A stretch of DNA of 64,000 nt from Oscillospiraceae bacterium (GTDB lineage: Bacteria > Bacillota > Clostridia > Oscillospirales > Ruminococcaceae). The position numbers and the translations under genes are program-made. Within the stretch, counting starts at the first letter, position 1. Each line of letters starts with the position of its first letter. Shown in pieces: positions 1 through 10,434 of the stretch. The notes below the pieces were generated by a model that was not told where the DNA came from, made no database searches, and saw only the letters and a program-made list of their open reading frames with translations. The stretch spans positions 3,761 to 67,760 of the forward strand of contig JAZUIH010000021.1 in assembly GCA_045642145.1 (NCBI GenBank). Reading direction: 5' to 3'.

Positions 1-406
1 ACAGAGACTCAGCACAAGCACACAGACAGGTTCAGCTACACAGAAGGCAAAGGTTGAGGAAGAACTTGCAGCGATGAATTTACAGCTTGGCAGACTTATC
101 GATGAAACAAGGGCGACAATAGACGATTACTATAAGACAGTGGTATTCCCTAAGGCCTATAATGTTCTTGAACCAGCCGCTGCCCAGACTGTACTGGGAC
201 ACATAAAGCATGCTGTAAAGGATTCTGTATTCAATATCCTTATTATTGATGCAGTGATTTTAGTTGTATATCTTCTTGTTTCTGTAATTCTTGCAATCCA
301 GACTGAGGTTGGCAGAGTTTACGGTATCATGCCTTCCGGTGAAAACAAAAAGGCTCCCGGGAAGAAAGAAAAAGGCAAGTCTGAGAAGAAAAATGACAGC
401 AAATAA
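1..406 (+). CDS. 5'-truncated hypothetical membrane protein (C-terminal part)
   Basis: Frame is open from base 2 (QRLSTSTQTGS...) into ORF 74..406; one hydrophobic helix then a Lys-rich tail; terminator follows. Confidence 0.75.
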   Translation, partial: QRLSTSTQTGSATQKAKVEEELAAMNLQLGRLIDETRATIDDYYKTVVFPKAYNVLEPAAAQTVLGHIKHAVKDSVFNILIIDAVILVVYLLVSVILAIQTEVGRVYGIMPSGENKKAPGKKEKGKSEKKNDSK

Positions 407-438
407 AAAATGAGATATACCCATGCCATATTGTACAG

Positions 439-467
439 ATGCCCGGAGAAATTCCGGGCATTTTTTT
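439..467 (+). terminator. Intrinsic terminator
   Basis: atgcccgga/tccgggcat stem followed by a T-run. Confidence 0.8.
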
Positions 468-700
468 AAAAATTATTACTTGTTTTCTTAATACATTTAT
501 GCTATACTTTATATTGATAGTATTTGCACGGGGAAAAGTACATGTCTGAATGCAGATATACTATTTGTCACGAATTGATGGTTGTAAATGAAAAAACTGC
601 TGTATACAGGTTTAAGGATACTGATTCGGCAGTACAGATAAAAGCGCTGTGGGAACAGCGCAAAATGAAAAGAAAAATGGTTGAAAAAGGTGATTAGATT

Positions 701-2617
701 TTGAAAAAAGCTCAGCAGAAAACGATCGAAAAATTCAGTACAAGAAAGATTATTCTTGCTTTTGCAGACGTTTTTATTATTGCAGTGGCAGCACTGATTA
801 CGAATTTTTTGCTATCGGTTTTTAATTCGGGAATGTCAACGAAGGACGTTGGTGTCTGTATCGTAATAAGTGCATTAACATGTTTTGCATGCCTTACGAT
901 GTCCGGAGCGTACAACAAGCTGTGGAGATACTTTAACAAGAAGGATTATCTCTCGTGTCTTCAGGGTATAGTTGAAGGTATAGTGGTTGAGCTTCTTATA
1001 TTCCTTATCGTCAGAGGTGAATGCAATCTCTGGTTCACAGGAATTCATGCTCTTATAAGTATAGTAGGTATATGCCTTTTCAGATACCTGTTCAGAAATG
1101 CTTTTATTTCACTTGTTGAATCAGGACGTCAGGAAGCTGAGAGAAAGAGAACAATGATTATCGGCGCAGGCCGTGCATGCAAGCTTGTTCTCAGCGAAAT
1201 AAGAAAAGCGGATGAGGAAAACAGAAACGTTTATCCGTTCATTCCGGTATGTATTATCGACGATGATGAAAATATGGTCGGACTTGAGGTTGAGGGAATA
1301 CCGGTTCTCGGTATGACCAGTGATATTCACAAGTTTGTTGAAGAGGAAGACATTGAGCAGATTATCTTCGCCATTCCTTCATGCCTTGAAGATGAAAGAA
1401 AGAGAATCCTTGATATCTGTTCTGCAGAGGGCGTGCCGATAAAGGTTCTTCCGTTTATCAGTGACCTTATCTTCGATGACAATGACAACAAAATCATTGA
1501 CCAGATCAGAGATATCAGAGTTGAGGATCTTCTCGGACGTGAGCCGATCAAGTTTAATAATCCTGAGGTAAAAAGCTTTATTCAGGGTAAGGTATGTATG
1601 GTAACAGGCGGCGGCGGTTCAATCGGTTCCGAGCTTGTAAGACAGATCTCAAAGTATGAGCCTGAGCAGGTTATCATAGTAGATATTTATGAAAACAACG
1701 CATATGATATTCAGCAGGAACTGAAAATGGAGTATGGTGACAGTCTTAACCTTGTCACACTTATTGCTTCGGTCCGTGACTATTATCGTATGAATCAGAT
1801 ATTTGAAAACTACAAGCCTCAGATTGTGTTCCATGCAGCAGCACACAAGCATGTTCCTCTTATGGAAGTTTCACCGATGGAGGCTATCAAGAACAACGTA
1901 ATCGGTACATTTAATGTGGCATCACTTGCCCAGTTTCATAACGTTGAGAAGTTTGTAATGATTTCGACAGACAAGGCTGTAAATCCTACAAACGTTATGG
2001 GAGCTTCAAAGAGATGCTGCGAGATGATAGTTCAGTATCTTTCACAGCAGAAGGAAGGCAGAACAGAATTCGTAACTACAAGATTCGGCAACGTTCTCGG
2101 CTCAAACGGTTCAGTTATTCCTCTCTTCAAGAGACAGATTGAACAGGGCAAGGCACTTACAGTTACCCATCCTGATATCATCAGATATTTTATGACAATA
2201 CCTGAGGCGGTAAGTCTGGTAATCGAAGCAGCAACACTTGCAAACGGCGGCGAGATATTTGTTCTTGATATGGGACAGCCTGTACGTATAGTTGCTCTTG
2301 CTGAAAACCTTATCCGTATGTACGGAAAGAGACCATACAAGGATATTGATATTAAGTTCACCGGCTTAAGACCAGGTGAAAAAATAAAGGAAGAACTTCT
2401 TATGAACGAAGAGGGACTTCAGAAAACAAAGAACAAGCTTATATTTATCGGTAAGCAGATTGAGATTGAAGAGGAAGACTTTGCAGAGAGACTCAGAATT
2501 CTCCGTGATGCAGCCCAGGAAAACAAGGAAGAGGCTGCTGTTTCTGCCCTTCATGATATGGTTCCTACTTTTGTAACTCCGGAGGAGTTCAACAGCAAGG
2601 CAATGTCACAGATGTAA
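701..2617 (+). CDS. Polysaccharide biosynthesis nucleotide-sugar dehydratase (CapD/PglF/WbpM family)
   Basis: Four N-terminal TM helices, GAGxA CoA-binding-like domain, TGGGGSIGSEL, HAAAHKHVP, STDKAV, RFGNVLGSNGSV motifs. Confidence 0.93.
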   Translation: MKKAQQKTIEKFSTRKIILAFADVFIIAVAALITNFLLSVFNSGMSTKDVGVCIVISALTCFACLTMSGAYNKLWRYFNKKDYLSCLQGIVEGIVVELLIFLIVRGECNLWFTGIHALISIVGICLFRYLFRNAFISLVESGRQEAERKRTMIIGAGRACKLVLSEIRKADEENRNVYPFIPVCIIDDDENMVGLEVEGIPVLGMTSDIHKFVEEEDIEQIIFAIPSCLEDERKRILDICSAEGVPIKVLPFISDLIFDDNDNKIIDQIRDIRVEDLLGREPIKFNNPEVKSFIQGKVCMVTGGGGSIGSELVRQISKYEPEQVIIVDIYENNAYDIQQELKMEYGDSLNLVTLIASVRDYYRMNQIFENYKPQIVFHAAAHKHVPLMEVSPMEAIKNNVIGTFNVASLAQFHNVEKFVMISTDKAVNPTNVMGASKRCCEMIVQYLSQQKEGRTEFVTTRFGNVLGSNGSVIPLFKRQIEQGKALTVTHPDIIRYFMTIPEAVSLVIEAATLANGGEIFVLDMGQPVRIVALAENLIRMYGKRPYKDIDIKFTGLRPGEKIKEELLMNEEGLQKTKNKLIFIGKQIEIEEEDFAERLRILRDAAQENKEEAAVSALHDMVPTFVTPEEFNSKAMSQM

Positions 2618-2661
2618 GCTCTGACAGAAAATATTTTTTATACGAAAGGAAATTTAAATCT

Positions 2662-4500
2662 ATGTGCGGAATAGTTGGTTTTACAGGTAATACAGGAGCT
2701 GCTCCTATACTTCTTGACGGTCTTTCAAAGCTCGAATACAGAGGATATGACTCAGCAGGTATTGCAGTGCGCGACGGTGAGAAAAACTTTGAGATAGTAA
2801 AGGCAAAGGGCAAGCTTAAGGCTCTTGTAGAAATGACAGACCACGGTAATGCAGTAAAGGGTACATGCGGTATCGGCCATACAAGATGGGCTACACACGG
2901 TGAACCGTCAGTTACAAACGCTCATCCGCACGCAAGTGATGATGAGAACGTAGTTGCTGTACACAACGGTATCATCGAAAACTTCCAGGATATCAAGGAA
3001 AAGCTTACAAAGGCAGGATATACATTCAAATCACAGACAGATACTGAAGCTGCAGTAAAGCTCATAGACTACTACTACAAGAAATACAATCTCGGACCGG
3101 TTGACTCAATCGCAAGAGCAATGATGCGTATCAGAGGCTCATACGCGCTCTGTGTAATGTTTAAGGACCTTCCGGGCGAAATCTATACAGCACGTAAGGA
3201 CAGCCCGATGATTATCGGTATTGCTGACGGACAGACATATGTTGCATCTGATGTTCCGGCTATTCTCAAGTACACAAGAAACGTTTACTATATCGGAAAT
3301 CTGGAAATTGCGAAGCTTGAAAAGGGAACAGTAACATTCTACAATATTGACCGCGAAGAGATAACAAAGCCTCTTACAGAAATCAAGTGGAATGCAGAAG
3401 CAGCTGAAAAGGGCGGCTACGAGCACTTTATGCTCAAGGAAATTCACGAACAGCCTAAGGTAATTGCAGACACAATCAACTCAGTAGTCAAGGACGGAAA
3501 TATTGATTTTTCAAACATCGGACTTACAGACGAAGAGATGAACAATATCAGACAGATATATATAGTTGCCTGCGGTTCAGCATATCATGTAGGAATGGCT
3601 GCTCAGTACGTAATTGAAAATCTCACATCACTTCCTGTACGTGTTGAACTCGCATCCGAGTTCAGATACAGAAAGATGCAGCTTATAAAGGACAGTCTTG
3701 TTATTGTAATCAGCCAGTCAGGTGAAACAGCAGACAGCCTTGCAGCCCTCAGAGAGGCAAAGGTAAACGGCATAAAGACACTCGGAATAGTAAACGTTGT
3801 AGGTTCATCAATAGCAAGAGAAGCAGACAATGTATTCTATACACTTGCAGGTCCTGAGATTTCAGTAGCAACAACAAAGGCATACTCAACACAGCTTGTA
3901 GCAGCATATCTCCTTGCAATCGCATTTGCAAAGGCAAGAAATGAAATAACAGAAGAAATCTGCGCAGGACTTCTCGCAGAAATAAATACAATACCGGAAA
4001 AGATTGAAAAGATTCTTGAGGACAAGGAAAGAATTCAGTGGTTCTCAGCAAAGGTAGCTTCAGTAAGTGATGCATTCTTTATCGGACGTGGTGTTGACTA
4101 CGCAATCGGCATGGAAGGCTCGCTCAAGATGAAGGAAATCAGCTATATTCATTCTGAGGCATACGCTGCAGGTGAACTTAAGCACGGACCTATCAGCCTT
4201 ATCGAGGACGGTACGCTTGTTATCGGCGTAAACACACAGCCTGATCTTTTTGAAAAGACAGTAAGCAATATGGTTGAAGTAAAGAGCCGCGGCGCATATC
4301 TTCTCGGCCTTACAACATACGGTAACTACAGCATGGAAGATACAGCAGACTTTACAGTGTACATACCAAGCATAAATCCTCTCTTCGCAGGCAGCCTTTC
4401 AGTTATTCCGCTTCAGCTTCTCGGATACTATGTATCAGTAGCAAGAGGATATGATGTAGATAAGCCGCGTAACCTTGCAAAGAGCGTTACAGTTGAATAA
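2662..4500 (+). CDS. glmS: Glutamine--fructose-6-phosphate transaminase (isomerizing)
   Basis: MCGIVG N-terminus, EYRGYDSAG, GHTRWATHG, SQSGETAD, C-terminal PRNLAKSVTVE. Confidence 0.98.
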   Translation: MCGIVGFTGNTGAAPILLDGLSKLEYRGYDSAGIAVRDGEKNFEIVKAKGKLKALVEMTDHGNAVKGTCGIGHTRWATHGEPSVTNAHPHASDDENVVAVHNGIIENFQDIKEKLTKAGYTFKSQTDTEAAVKLIDYYYKKYNLGPVDSIARAMMRIRGSYALCVMFKDLPGEIYTARKDSPMIIGIADGQTYVASDVPAILKYTRNVYYIGNLEIAKLEKGTVTFYNIDREEITKPLTEIKWNAEAAEKGGYEHFMLKEIHEQPKVIADTINSVVKDGNIDFSNIGLTDEEMNNIRQIYIVACGSAYHVGMAAQYVIENLTSLPVRVELASEFRYRKMQLIKDSLVIVISQSGETADSLAALREAKVNGIKTLGIVNVVGSSIAREADNVFYTLAGPEISVATTKAYSTQLVAAYLLAIAFAKARNEITEEICAGLLAEINTIPEKIEKILEDKERIQWFSAKVASVSDAFFIGRGVDYAIGMEGSLKMKEISYIHSEAYAAGELKHGPISLIEDGTLVIGVNTQPDLFEKTVSNMVEVKSRGAYLLGLTTYGNYSMEDTADFTVYIPSINPLFAGSLSVIPLQLLGYYVSVARGYDVDKPRNLAKSVTVE

Positions 4501-4566
4501 ATCCAATATCGTTTTTTATCACAGCAGATGCCGTCCGCGGTATCTGCTGTAAATTATAGGAGACAT

Positions 4567-4641
4567 ATTGTAAACGCATTAAATAAATGCGTTTACAATT
4601 AGCCGATTTGCACGGAGATGACGTAGTCATCGGATGTGCAA
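4567..4641 (-). repeat. Structured 52-bp intergenic motif, copy 1 (4590-4641), overlapping a 14-bp perfect inverted repeat (4567-4599)
   Basis: Reverse complement matches 45246-45297 at 42/52 nt; folds as ttgcac..gatga/tcatc..gtgcaa. Confidence 0.7.
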
Positions 4642-4730
4642 GGCAATAAAAATAAATTACAGTATATGTAATTACAGCTGAACTCATTTTCTTAATGACG
4701 TTCGCTTCAGTTTAAGGGAGATAAAACACA

Positions 4731-5378
4731 ATGAACAGAGAAAACAAAACAACTATGGATGAAATAAGCATCAGCAATATGCCTGAGAGGTTCGTTTCCG
4801 ATTCAGTCACTGCCAAAGAGAACAGGTTTACAGAGATGTATACCAGGACACCGCTTAGGGCGGCGAGGGAGGAGCCGGAGTTTGACAGAGAGCTTCTTGC
4901 TGAGAACTTTAAAAGGATGAAAAAACTTAAGTCAGGTCAGAGGGCAGTTTTCACTGCGGACTGTATACTGTTTCTTATCGGCCTTTCCAGTGCGGTTCCG
5001 TCGCTGATAAATATCATAAGGGCACCTATAGGAATATTTAATATATTCCCTGTTATCGGAGTCGTTGTGGCGTCATTTGTTACGGTAGCATACCTTGACA
5101 ACAGGGAAGTGCTTAAGAGGTTTATGATAGTATTTGCCGCAGCCGGACTCCTTCTTGGCCTGCTGCTTTTTGATTTGGGATATACAGGATATTTTGGTTT
5201 CTATGCACTTCAGATGTTTCTTGCGATGAAGTTTGCTGATGAGGATGATTATCTGAGGACACAGCTTGGTTATCCGTATTTTCAGGAAAATATGATACCG
5301 AAGCAGTACAGCAAATTTGAGTACAGGCCTGAACGTGAGCTGAATTTTGAAACCAGCGGAAATATGGATGAAATCTAA
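4731..5378 (+). CDS. Hypothetical membrane protein
   Basis: RBS aagggag upstream; 3-4 hydrophobic helices; stop 9 bp before the SNF2 gene. Confidence 0.75.
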   Translation: MNRENKTTMDEISISNMPERFVSDSVTAKENRFTEMYTRTPLRAAREEPEFDRELLAENFKRMKKLKSGQRAVFTADCILFLIGLSSAVPSLINIIRAPIGIFNIFPVIGVVVASFVTVAYLDNREVLKRFMIVFAAAGLLLGLLLFDLGYTGYFGFYALQMFLAMKFADEDDYLRTQLGYPYFQENMIPKQYSKFEYRPERELNFETSGNMDEI

Positions 5379-5387
5379 GGTGATAGT

Positions 5388-8300
5388 ATGATGAACATTC
5401 GTCATTTTGAGGATGAAATTGATGCCGGAATACTTGAAGAAGGCAGGGAGCTTTTCAGAAAAAATCACATAACTGACGCCGACCTTTATATGGACGGTGA
5501 ATACGGCTTCTGGCTTAAACCTGAAAAGCCGTACTATTACGGTACGCGTGTGCGTATAGCAGTTGCGGATTCAGGAGAGATTACTGAGCTTTTCTGTTCA
5601 TGTCTGCCGACGAATTCAGAAAAAATATGCAGACATGAGGCTGCATGCCTTTATCATATCAGGGGACACTTCGATGATGACCTTGAGAAGAGAAGGGAAG
5701 CGGTGTTCAGAAAGCTTCTCGACGAGTGCACGGATGTTCCGGAGGAGCATGAAGAGGAGGCTGAACTCAGCACAGTAAAGTTCATACTTCCGTCTGTAAC
5801 CTATAAGGACGGGGAGATAAGGTGTTCGCTTAAGGCCGGCAGTGACAAGGCGTATGCTGTAACTGATATTGCCGCATTCAAGTCCGCCTTTGAAAATGAA
5901 GGTGTTCTGCAGTACGGAAAAAATGTATTCCTCCGTCACAGCTACAGCGAGCTTGACGAGGAAAGCAGAAGACTGCTTGACCTGTGCTATTACTACTATT
6001 CATCCCAGACGATTGCTCTGGCAAAGACACGAAGCAAGGCACCGAAAAAATACGTTTCAGTAAACGGTGCAAGGATAGATACGTTTTTCCGGCTGTTCAG
6101 GGATTCGGGAATTGACATTGACGGGTGGCACTATGACGTTGTATTCAGGGTTCCTGAGATAGAGGGCGAGATACTGCGTGCAGATGACAACGGTTATGTA
6201 ATCCGTATGACAAAGTGGCCTCAGATATACGGTTCAGGAAAATGCACATGCTTTATCGACCATGAAAATCACCGTATCTGGATAACTGATACCACATTTA
6301 CAGGTACAGCACTGAAGCTTCTCAGAATGTGTATCCAGCTCGGAGTTATATATATCAGAAATGAAAATATGCCGGCCTTCTGCAGCGCAGTGCTCAGACC
6401 TGCCGGAAAATATATCACTATCCGCGGAACTGACAGGCTTGAGGAATATGTTCCGCCTGAGCTTGAGGCACGTCTCTATATTGACTGTCTCAGTGACGGA
6501 ATAGCCGCAAAGGTTGAATACGTGTACGGTGACGAGATTTACTCCGGATTCTATAACCAGCAGAAAAATCCGTTCTGTGACTACAGAACGGAAAGGCTGA
6601 TTAACAGCACCTTCCTGAAGTACTTTGCTGACGAATCCACTGAGCTGCCGGATACATATGTTCTCCACGGGGATGACAGGCTCTATGAGCTGCTGACGGT
6701 CGGACTCAGCGAATTTGAAAAGCTTATGGACGTGTACGTCAGTGAGGCTTTCAAAAAGATAGGCGTACGTCCTCCGGCTCGTCCTTCCATAGGTATCAGA
6801 CCTTCAGGTTCGCTCCTTGCGCTTGATATCACCGCAGAGGGATATACTGTAAGCGAGCTTGCCGAGATGCTGAAAAGCTACAGAAGAGGTGCAAAGTATC
6901 ACAGACTTAAGGACGGATCATTTGCTCTTCTTACCGACTCAATGGCGGAGCTTGCCGATGTGACCGAGAACCTTAACATAAGTGAGAAGGCTATGCTTAA
7001 GGAGAAACTCACTGTTCCGAAGTACCGTATGCTGTATCTTGACAGCCTTAAGAAGAACTGCGAGAATCTCCATATCAGCAGAAGTACGGAATTCAAGAAG
7101 GCGGTCAGCACCTTCGGACTGATGATTGATGACCCTGAACACCTCCCGGTTCCCGGGAGCCTTGACTCAGTAATGAGAGATTACCAGAAGTACGGTTTCA
7201 GGTGGCTCAGAACAATATCAGCCTACGGCTTCGGAGGAATTCTTGCCGATGACATGGGTCTCGGTAAAACCCTTCAGGCCATATCACTCGTACTTGACAA
7301 CAAGCTTCGTGATGATGGTGTGAGGAAGCCGTGTCTTGTTGTATGTCCGGCATCACTGACACTCAACTGGAAAAATGAAATAGAGCGCTTTGCTCCGGAG
7401 CTGACAGTAACCACGGTTATCGGTCAGGTTGCGGCCCGTGAGGAATTAATCGCTGAGATGAACGGATACGATATTGTAGTTACACCGTATTCACTCCTCA
7501 CAAGGGATATAGACAAATACGAAAACACTGATTTCTGGTGTCAGTTCATAGATGAGGCACAGTATATCAAGAATCAGAATACGCAGGCTGCAAAGGCGGT
7601 TAAGGCGGTTAAGGCAGATGTAAAATTTGCCCTTACAGGTACTCCGGTGGAGAACAGCCTGGCTGAGCTATGGAGTATATTTGACTATATAATGCCTGAC
7701 TATCTCTATAACTACACATATTTCAGAAAGAACTATGAGGCGCCTATTACCGCGAAGAAGGAAGAGAAGACTGTAAAGGAGCTTCAGAAGGTTATTTCTC
7801 CGTTTATTCTCAGAAGAATGAAGAAGGAGGTTCTCAAGGAGCTTCCTGACAGGACTGAAACGGTTATGTATGCAGCAATGGGTGAGGAGCAGAGCAGAAT
7901 CTACTCGGCAAATGTTGCTGATGTAAAGAAGACTCTTGCAAAGGAAATAAAGGACGGTGCAGACCGTATCAAGATTCTGGCTATGCTTACAAGGCTGCGT
8001 CAGATATGCTGTGACCCGTCGCTTGTGTACGACAATTACAGCGGCGAGAGTGCAAAGCTTGAGCAGTGTATTGAGCTGGTGAACAACTGTGTTATATCAG
8101 GGCACAAGATACTGCTGTTTTCTCAGTTTACCTCGATGCTTGATATTATTTCAAAGAGGCTTGATGATGAGGGGATAAGTTATTTTACCATTACCGGACA
8201 GACAAGGCCGGCGGAGCGCATCAGGCTGGTAAATGAGTTTAATGAGGACGGGACACAGGTGTTTCTTATTTCGCTTAAGGCCGGAGGTACGGGACTTAAT

Positions 8301-8555
8301 CTGACGGGGGCGGATATAGTTATTCACTATGATCCGTGGTGGAATCTTTCCGCGGAAAACCAGGCTTCGGACCGTGCATACCGTATAGGGCAGAAGAGGC
8401 ATGTGCAGATATACAAGTTAATTACGGACAGGACTATTGAGGAGAAGATAATTGAGCTTCAGTCGAGGAAGGCGGAGCTGTATGATATTGCGGTTAATGG
8501 GGAAGGAGATATTATGAGGATGTCGGCGGAGGATATTATTAGTATTCTTGAGTGA
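5388..8555 (+). CDS. SNF2-family helicase with N-terminal SWIM zinc finger
   Basis: CSC...CRH SWIM motif; LADDMGLGKT, DEAQ, LTGTPVEN, SLKAGGTGLNL, QASDRAYRIGQ helicase motifs. Confidence 0.95.
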   Translation: MMNIRHFEDEIDAGILEEGRELFRKNHITDADLYMDGEYGFWLKPEKPYYYGTRVRIAVADSGEITELFCSCLPTNSEKICRHEAACLYHIRGHFDDDLEKRREAVFRKLLDECTDVPEEHEEEAELSTVKFILPSVTYKDGEIRCSLKAGSDKAYAVTDIAAFKSAFENEGVLQYGKNVFLRHSYSELDEESRRLLDLCYYYYSSQTIALAKTRSKAPKKYVSVNGARIDTFFRLFRDSGIDIDGWHYDVVFRVPEIEGEILRADDNGYVIRMTKWPQIYGSGKCTCFIDHENHRIWITDTTFTGTALKLLRMCIQLGVIYIRNENMPAFCSAVLRPAGKYITIRGTDRLEEYVPPELEARLYIDCLSDGIAAKVEYVYGDEIYSGFYNQQKNPFCDYRTERLINSTFLKYFADESTELPDTYVLHGDDRLYELLTVGLSEFEKLMDVYVSEAFKKIGVRPPARPSIGIRPSGSLLALDITAEGYTVSELAEMLKSYRRGAKYHRLKDGSFALLTDSMAELADVTENLNISEKAMLKEKLTVPKYRMLYLDSLKKNCENLHISRSTEFKKAVSTFGLMIDDPEHLPVPGSLDSVMRDYQKYGFRWLRTISAYGFGGILADDMGLGKTLQAISLVLDNKLRDDGVRKPCLVVCPASLTLNWKNEIERFAPELTVTTVIGQVAAREELIAEMNGYDIVVTPYSLLTRDIDKYENTDFWCQFIDEAQYIKNQNTQAAKAVKAVKADVKFALTGTPVENSLAELWSIFDYIMPDYLYNYTYFRKNYEAPITAKKEEKTVKELQKVISPFILRRMKKEVLKELPDRTETVMYAAMGEEQSRIYSANVADVKKTLAKEIKDGADRIKILAMLTRLRQICCDPSLVYDNYSGESAKLEQCIELVNNCVISGHKILLFSQFTSMLDIISKRLDDEGISYFTITGQTRPAERIRLVNEFNEDGTQVFLISLKAGGTGLNLTGADIVIHYDPWWNLSAENQASDRAYRIGQKRHVQIYKLITDRTIEEKIIELQSRKAELYDIAVNGEGDIMRMSAEDIISILE

Positions 8556-8589
8556 TGTGGTTTCTCTGGAACTGGTATTGATAATTGTT

Positions 8590-8690
8590 ATGGATTAATA
8601 CTTTAACGGAGATAATGCTTTAGCGCAGGGCTTTGCGCTCGCCCTGCACCTTCGCATGTTGCGGTCGAATTTTGCATTAGTCGCACTTCG
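8590..8690 (-). repeat. REP-like hairpin element, copy A
   Basis: Stem gcagggc/gccctgc at 8625-8647; minus strand reads tgcgaaggt-gcagggc-GAGCGCAAA-gccctgc..ctaaa..ccgtta, matching 30672-30790. Confidence 0.7.
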
Positions 8691-8698
8691 CCTTCGCC

Positions 8699-8727
8699 TT
8701 TACAAAATCCTACTGGTGTGGTATACT
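8699..8727 (+). promoter_or_regulatory. Putative sigma-A promoter of the sufC operon
   Basis: tttaca-17 bp-tatact with extended -10 TG. Confidence 0.55.
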
Positions 8728-8760
8728 ATTAGGTGGTAAATTAATAACGAAAGGGCGTAT

Positions 8761-9489
8761 ATGATTAATATGCTTCAGCTTAAAGATATTCAGTGGACAA
8801 CTGAGACTGGTGAAAAAATACTCAACGGGGTTAATCTTACGGTGCCGGACGGGAAGCTTACGGTTATTACGGGGCCGAACGGGGGAGGAAAGACTTCGCT
8901 GGCCAAGGTTATAGCGGGGCTTTACAGGCCGTGCGGCGGTGAGATAATTATAGACGGGGAAAATGTAACAGAGTGGAGTATAACTGAGAGATCAAAGAAC
9001 GGTCTTGCCTATGCGTTTCAGCAGCCTGTCCGTTTCAAGGGACTTACTGTAAGGGATCTTCTTTCAATATCAGCTGAGAGGGAACTCTCAAGCGCTGAGG
9101 TCTGTCATCTTCTCAGTGAAGTTGGACTCTGCGGACGTGACTATATTGACAGAGAGGCTGATGCAAGTCTTTCAGGCGGTGAAAGCAAGCGTATAGAGAT
9201 TGCGACTGTGCTTGCGAGAAAGGATGCAAAGCTTCTCGTATTTGACGAACCTGAGGCTGGTATTGACCTCTGGAGCTTTACAAGCCTTATTGAAGCTTTT
9301 GAAAATATCAAGAAGGACAGCGGACGTTCACTTCTGATTATTTCACATCAGGAGAGAATTATGAATATAGCTGACTATATAGCAGTGGTAGCTGACGGAA
9401 AAGTCGCAAATATGGGTACAAGAGAGGAAATCTTCCCTTCACTCATGGACAAGACAGCGGCAACAAGATGCTCACTGAGAAACAGTTAA
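8761..9489 (+). CDS. sufC: SufC-like Fe-S assembly ABC ATPase
   Basis: GPNGGGKT Walker A, LSGGE signature, FDEPEAGID Walker B; adjacent to a SufBD-family gene. Confidence 0.82.
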   Translation: MINMLQLKDIQWTTETGEKILNGVNLTVPDGKLTVITGPNGGGKTSLAKVIAGLYRPCGGEIIIDGENVTEWSITERSKNGLAYAFQQPVRFKGLTVRDLLSISAERELSSAEVCHLLSEVGLCGRDYIDREADASLSGGESKRIEIATVLARKDAKLLVFDEPEAGIDLWSFTSLIEAFENIKKDSGRSLLIISHQERIMNIADYIAVVADGKVANMGTREEIFPSLMDKTAATRCSLRNS

Positions 9490-9502
9490 GGGAGGTTTTC
9501 AT

Positions 9503-10420
9503 ATGAACAGTATTACAGAACAGCTTCTCGGCGTTGTTTCAGAATGGGACGGCAGCTACAAGGGCGCATTCAATATCCGTGAGGACGGCGGATGTGCAGG
9601 CAGACAGTCATCTGAAAACATTAAGATTGAAAATAAAAGCGACAACCCGGGTATTGTAATCCGCATAAGCTCAAAGGCTCAGCAGGAAACAGTATACATC
9701 CCTGCGTGTGTAACAAAGGCCGGAGTAAATGACCTTGTGTACAATGACTTCATCGTTGAGGACGGTGCAGACGTAATTATCGTTGCAGGCTGCGGTGTTC
9801 ACTCTGAAGGCGAGGAGGAAGCAAGACACAACGGTATTCACAGATTTTTCATCGGAAAAAATGCAAGAGTACTCTATAAGGAGAAGCATATCGGAACAGG
9901 CAAGGGAACAGGTGCAAAGAGAATTGACCCTGTTACCGACGTTGAAATGGATGAAAATTCATACATGGAGATGGATACAGTCCAGATAGGCGGTGTTACA
10001 TCAAGTAACAGACTTACTTCAGCAAAACTCGGAAAGGGCGCAAAGCTTGTTGTAAAGGAGAGACTTATGACTGACGGCGACGAAAGTGCAAAGTCTGACT
10101 TCAAGATAGAGATGAACGGCGACGACTCAAGCGTTGACCTCGTTTCAAGATCAGTTGCAAGAGGTAATTCGTATCAGGAGTTTGTTTCAAACATTAACGG
10201 AAACGCAAGATGTACAGGCCACTCTGAGTGTGATGCAATCCTCTCTGAAAACGGACGTGTAAACGCCATCCCTGGTCTCTGCGCAGCAAATATAGACGCT
10301 TCACTTATTCACGAGGCAGCAATAGGAAAAATAGCCGGCGAGCAGATCACAAAGCTCTGTACTCTCGGCCTTACTGAGGAAGAAGCAGAGAGAAAAATCA
10401 TCGACGGATTCTTAAAGTAA
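9503..10420 (+). CDS. SufB/SufD-family Fe-S cluster assembly protein
   Basis: Beta-helix-type sequence, GHSECDAI, LIHEAAIGKI...IIDGFL C-terminus. Confidence 0.88.
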   Translation: MNSITEQLLGVVSEWDGSYKGAFNIREDGGCAGRQSSENIKIENKSDNPGIVIRISSKAQQETVYIPACVTKAGVNDLVYNDFIVEDGADVIIVAGCGVHSEGEEEARHNGIHRFFIGKNARVLYKEKHIGTGKGTGAKRIDPVTDVEMDENSYMEMDTVQIGGVTSSNRLTSAKLGKGAKLVVKERLMTDGDESAKSDFKIEMNGDDSSVDLVSRSVARGNSYQEFVSNINGNARCTGHSECDAILSENGRVNAIPGLCAANIDASLIHEAAIGKIAGEQITKLCTLGLTEEEAERKIIDGFLK

Positions 10421-10434
10421 CAGGAGCTGATTAT

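Noticed and set aside
2618-2661. glmS ribozyme upstream of glmS
   Set aside because: The gap is only 44 bp with no ribozyme core; glmS appears co-transcribed with the dehydratase gene.
4487-4687. 66-aa minus-strand ORF across the structured intergenic region
   Set aside because: No convincing RBS, overlaps the glmS stop and runs through palindromes.
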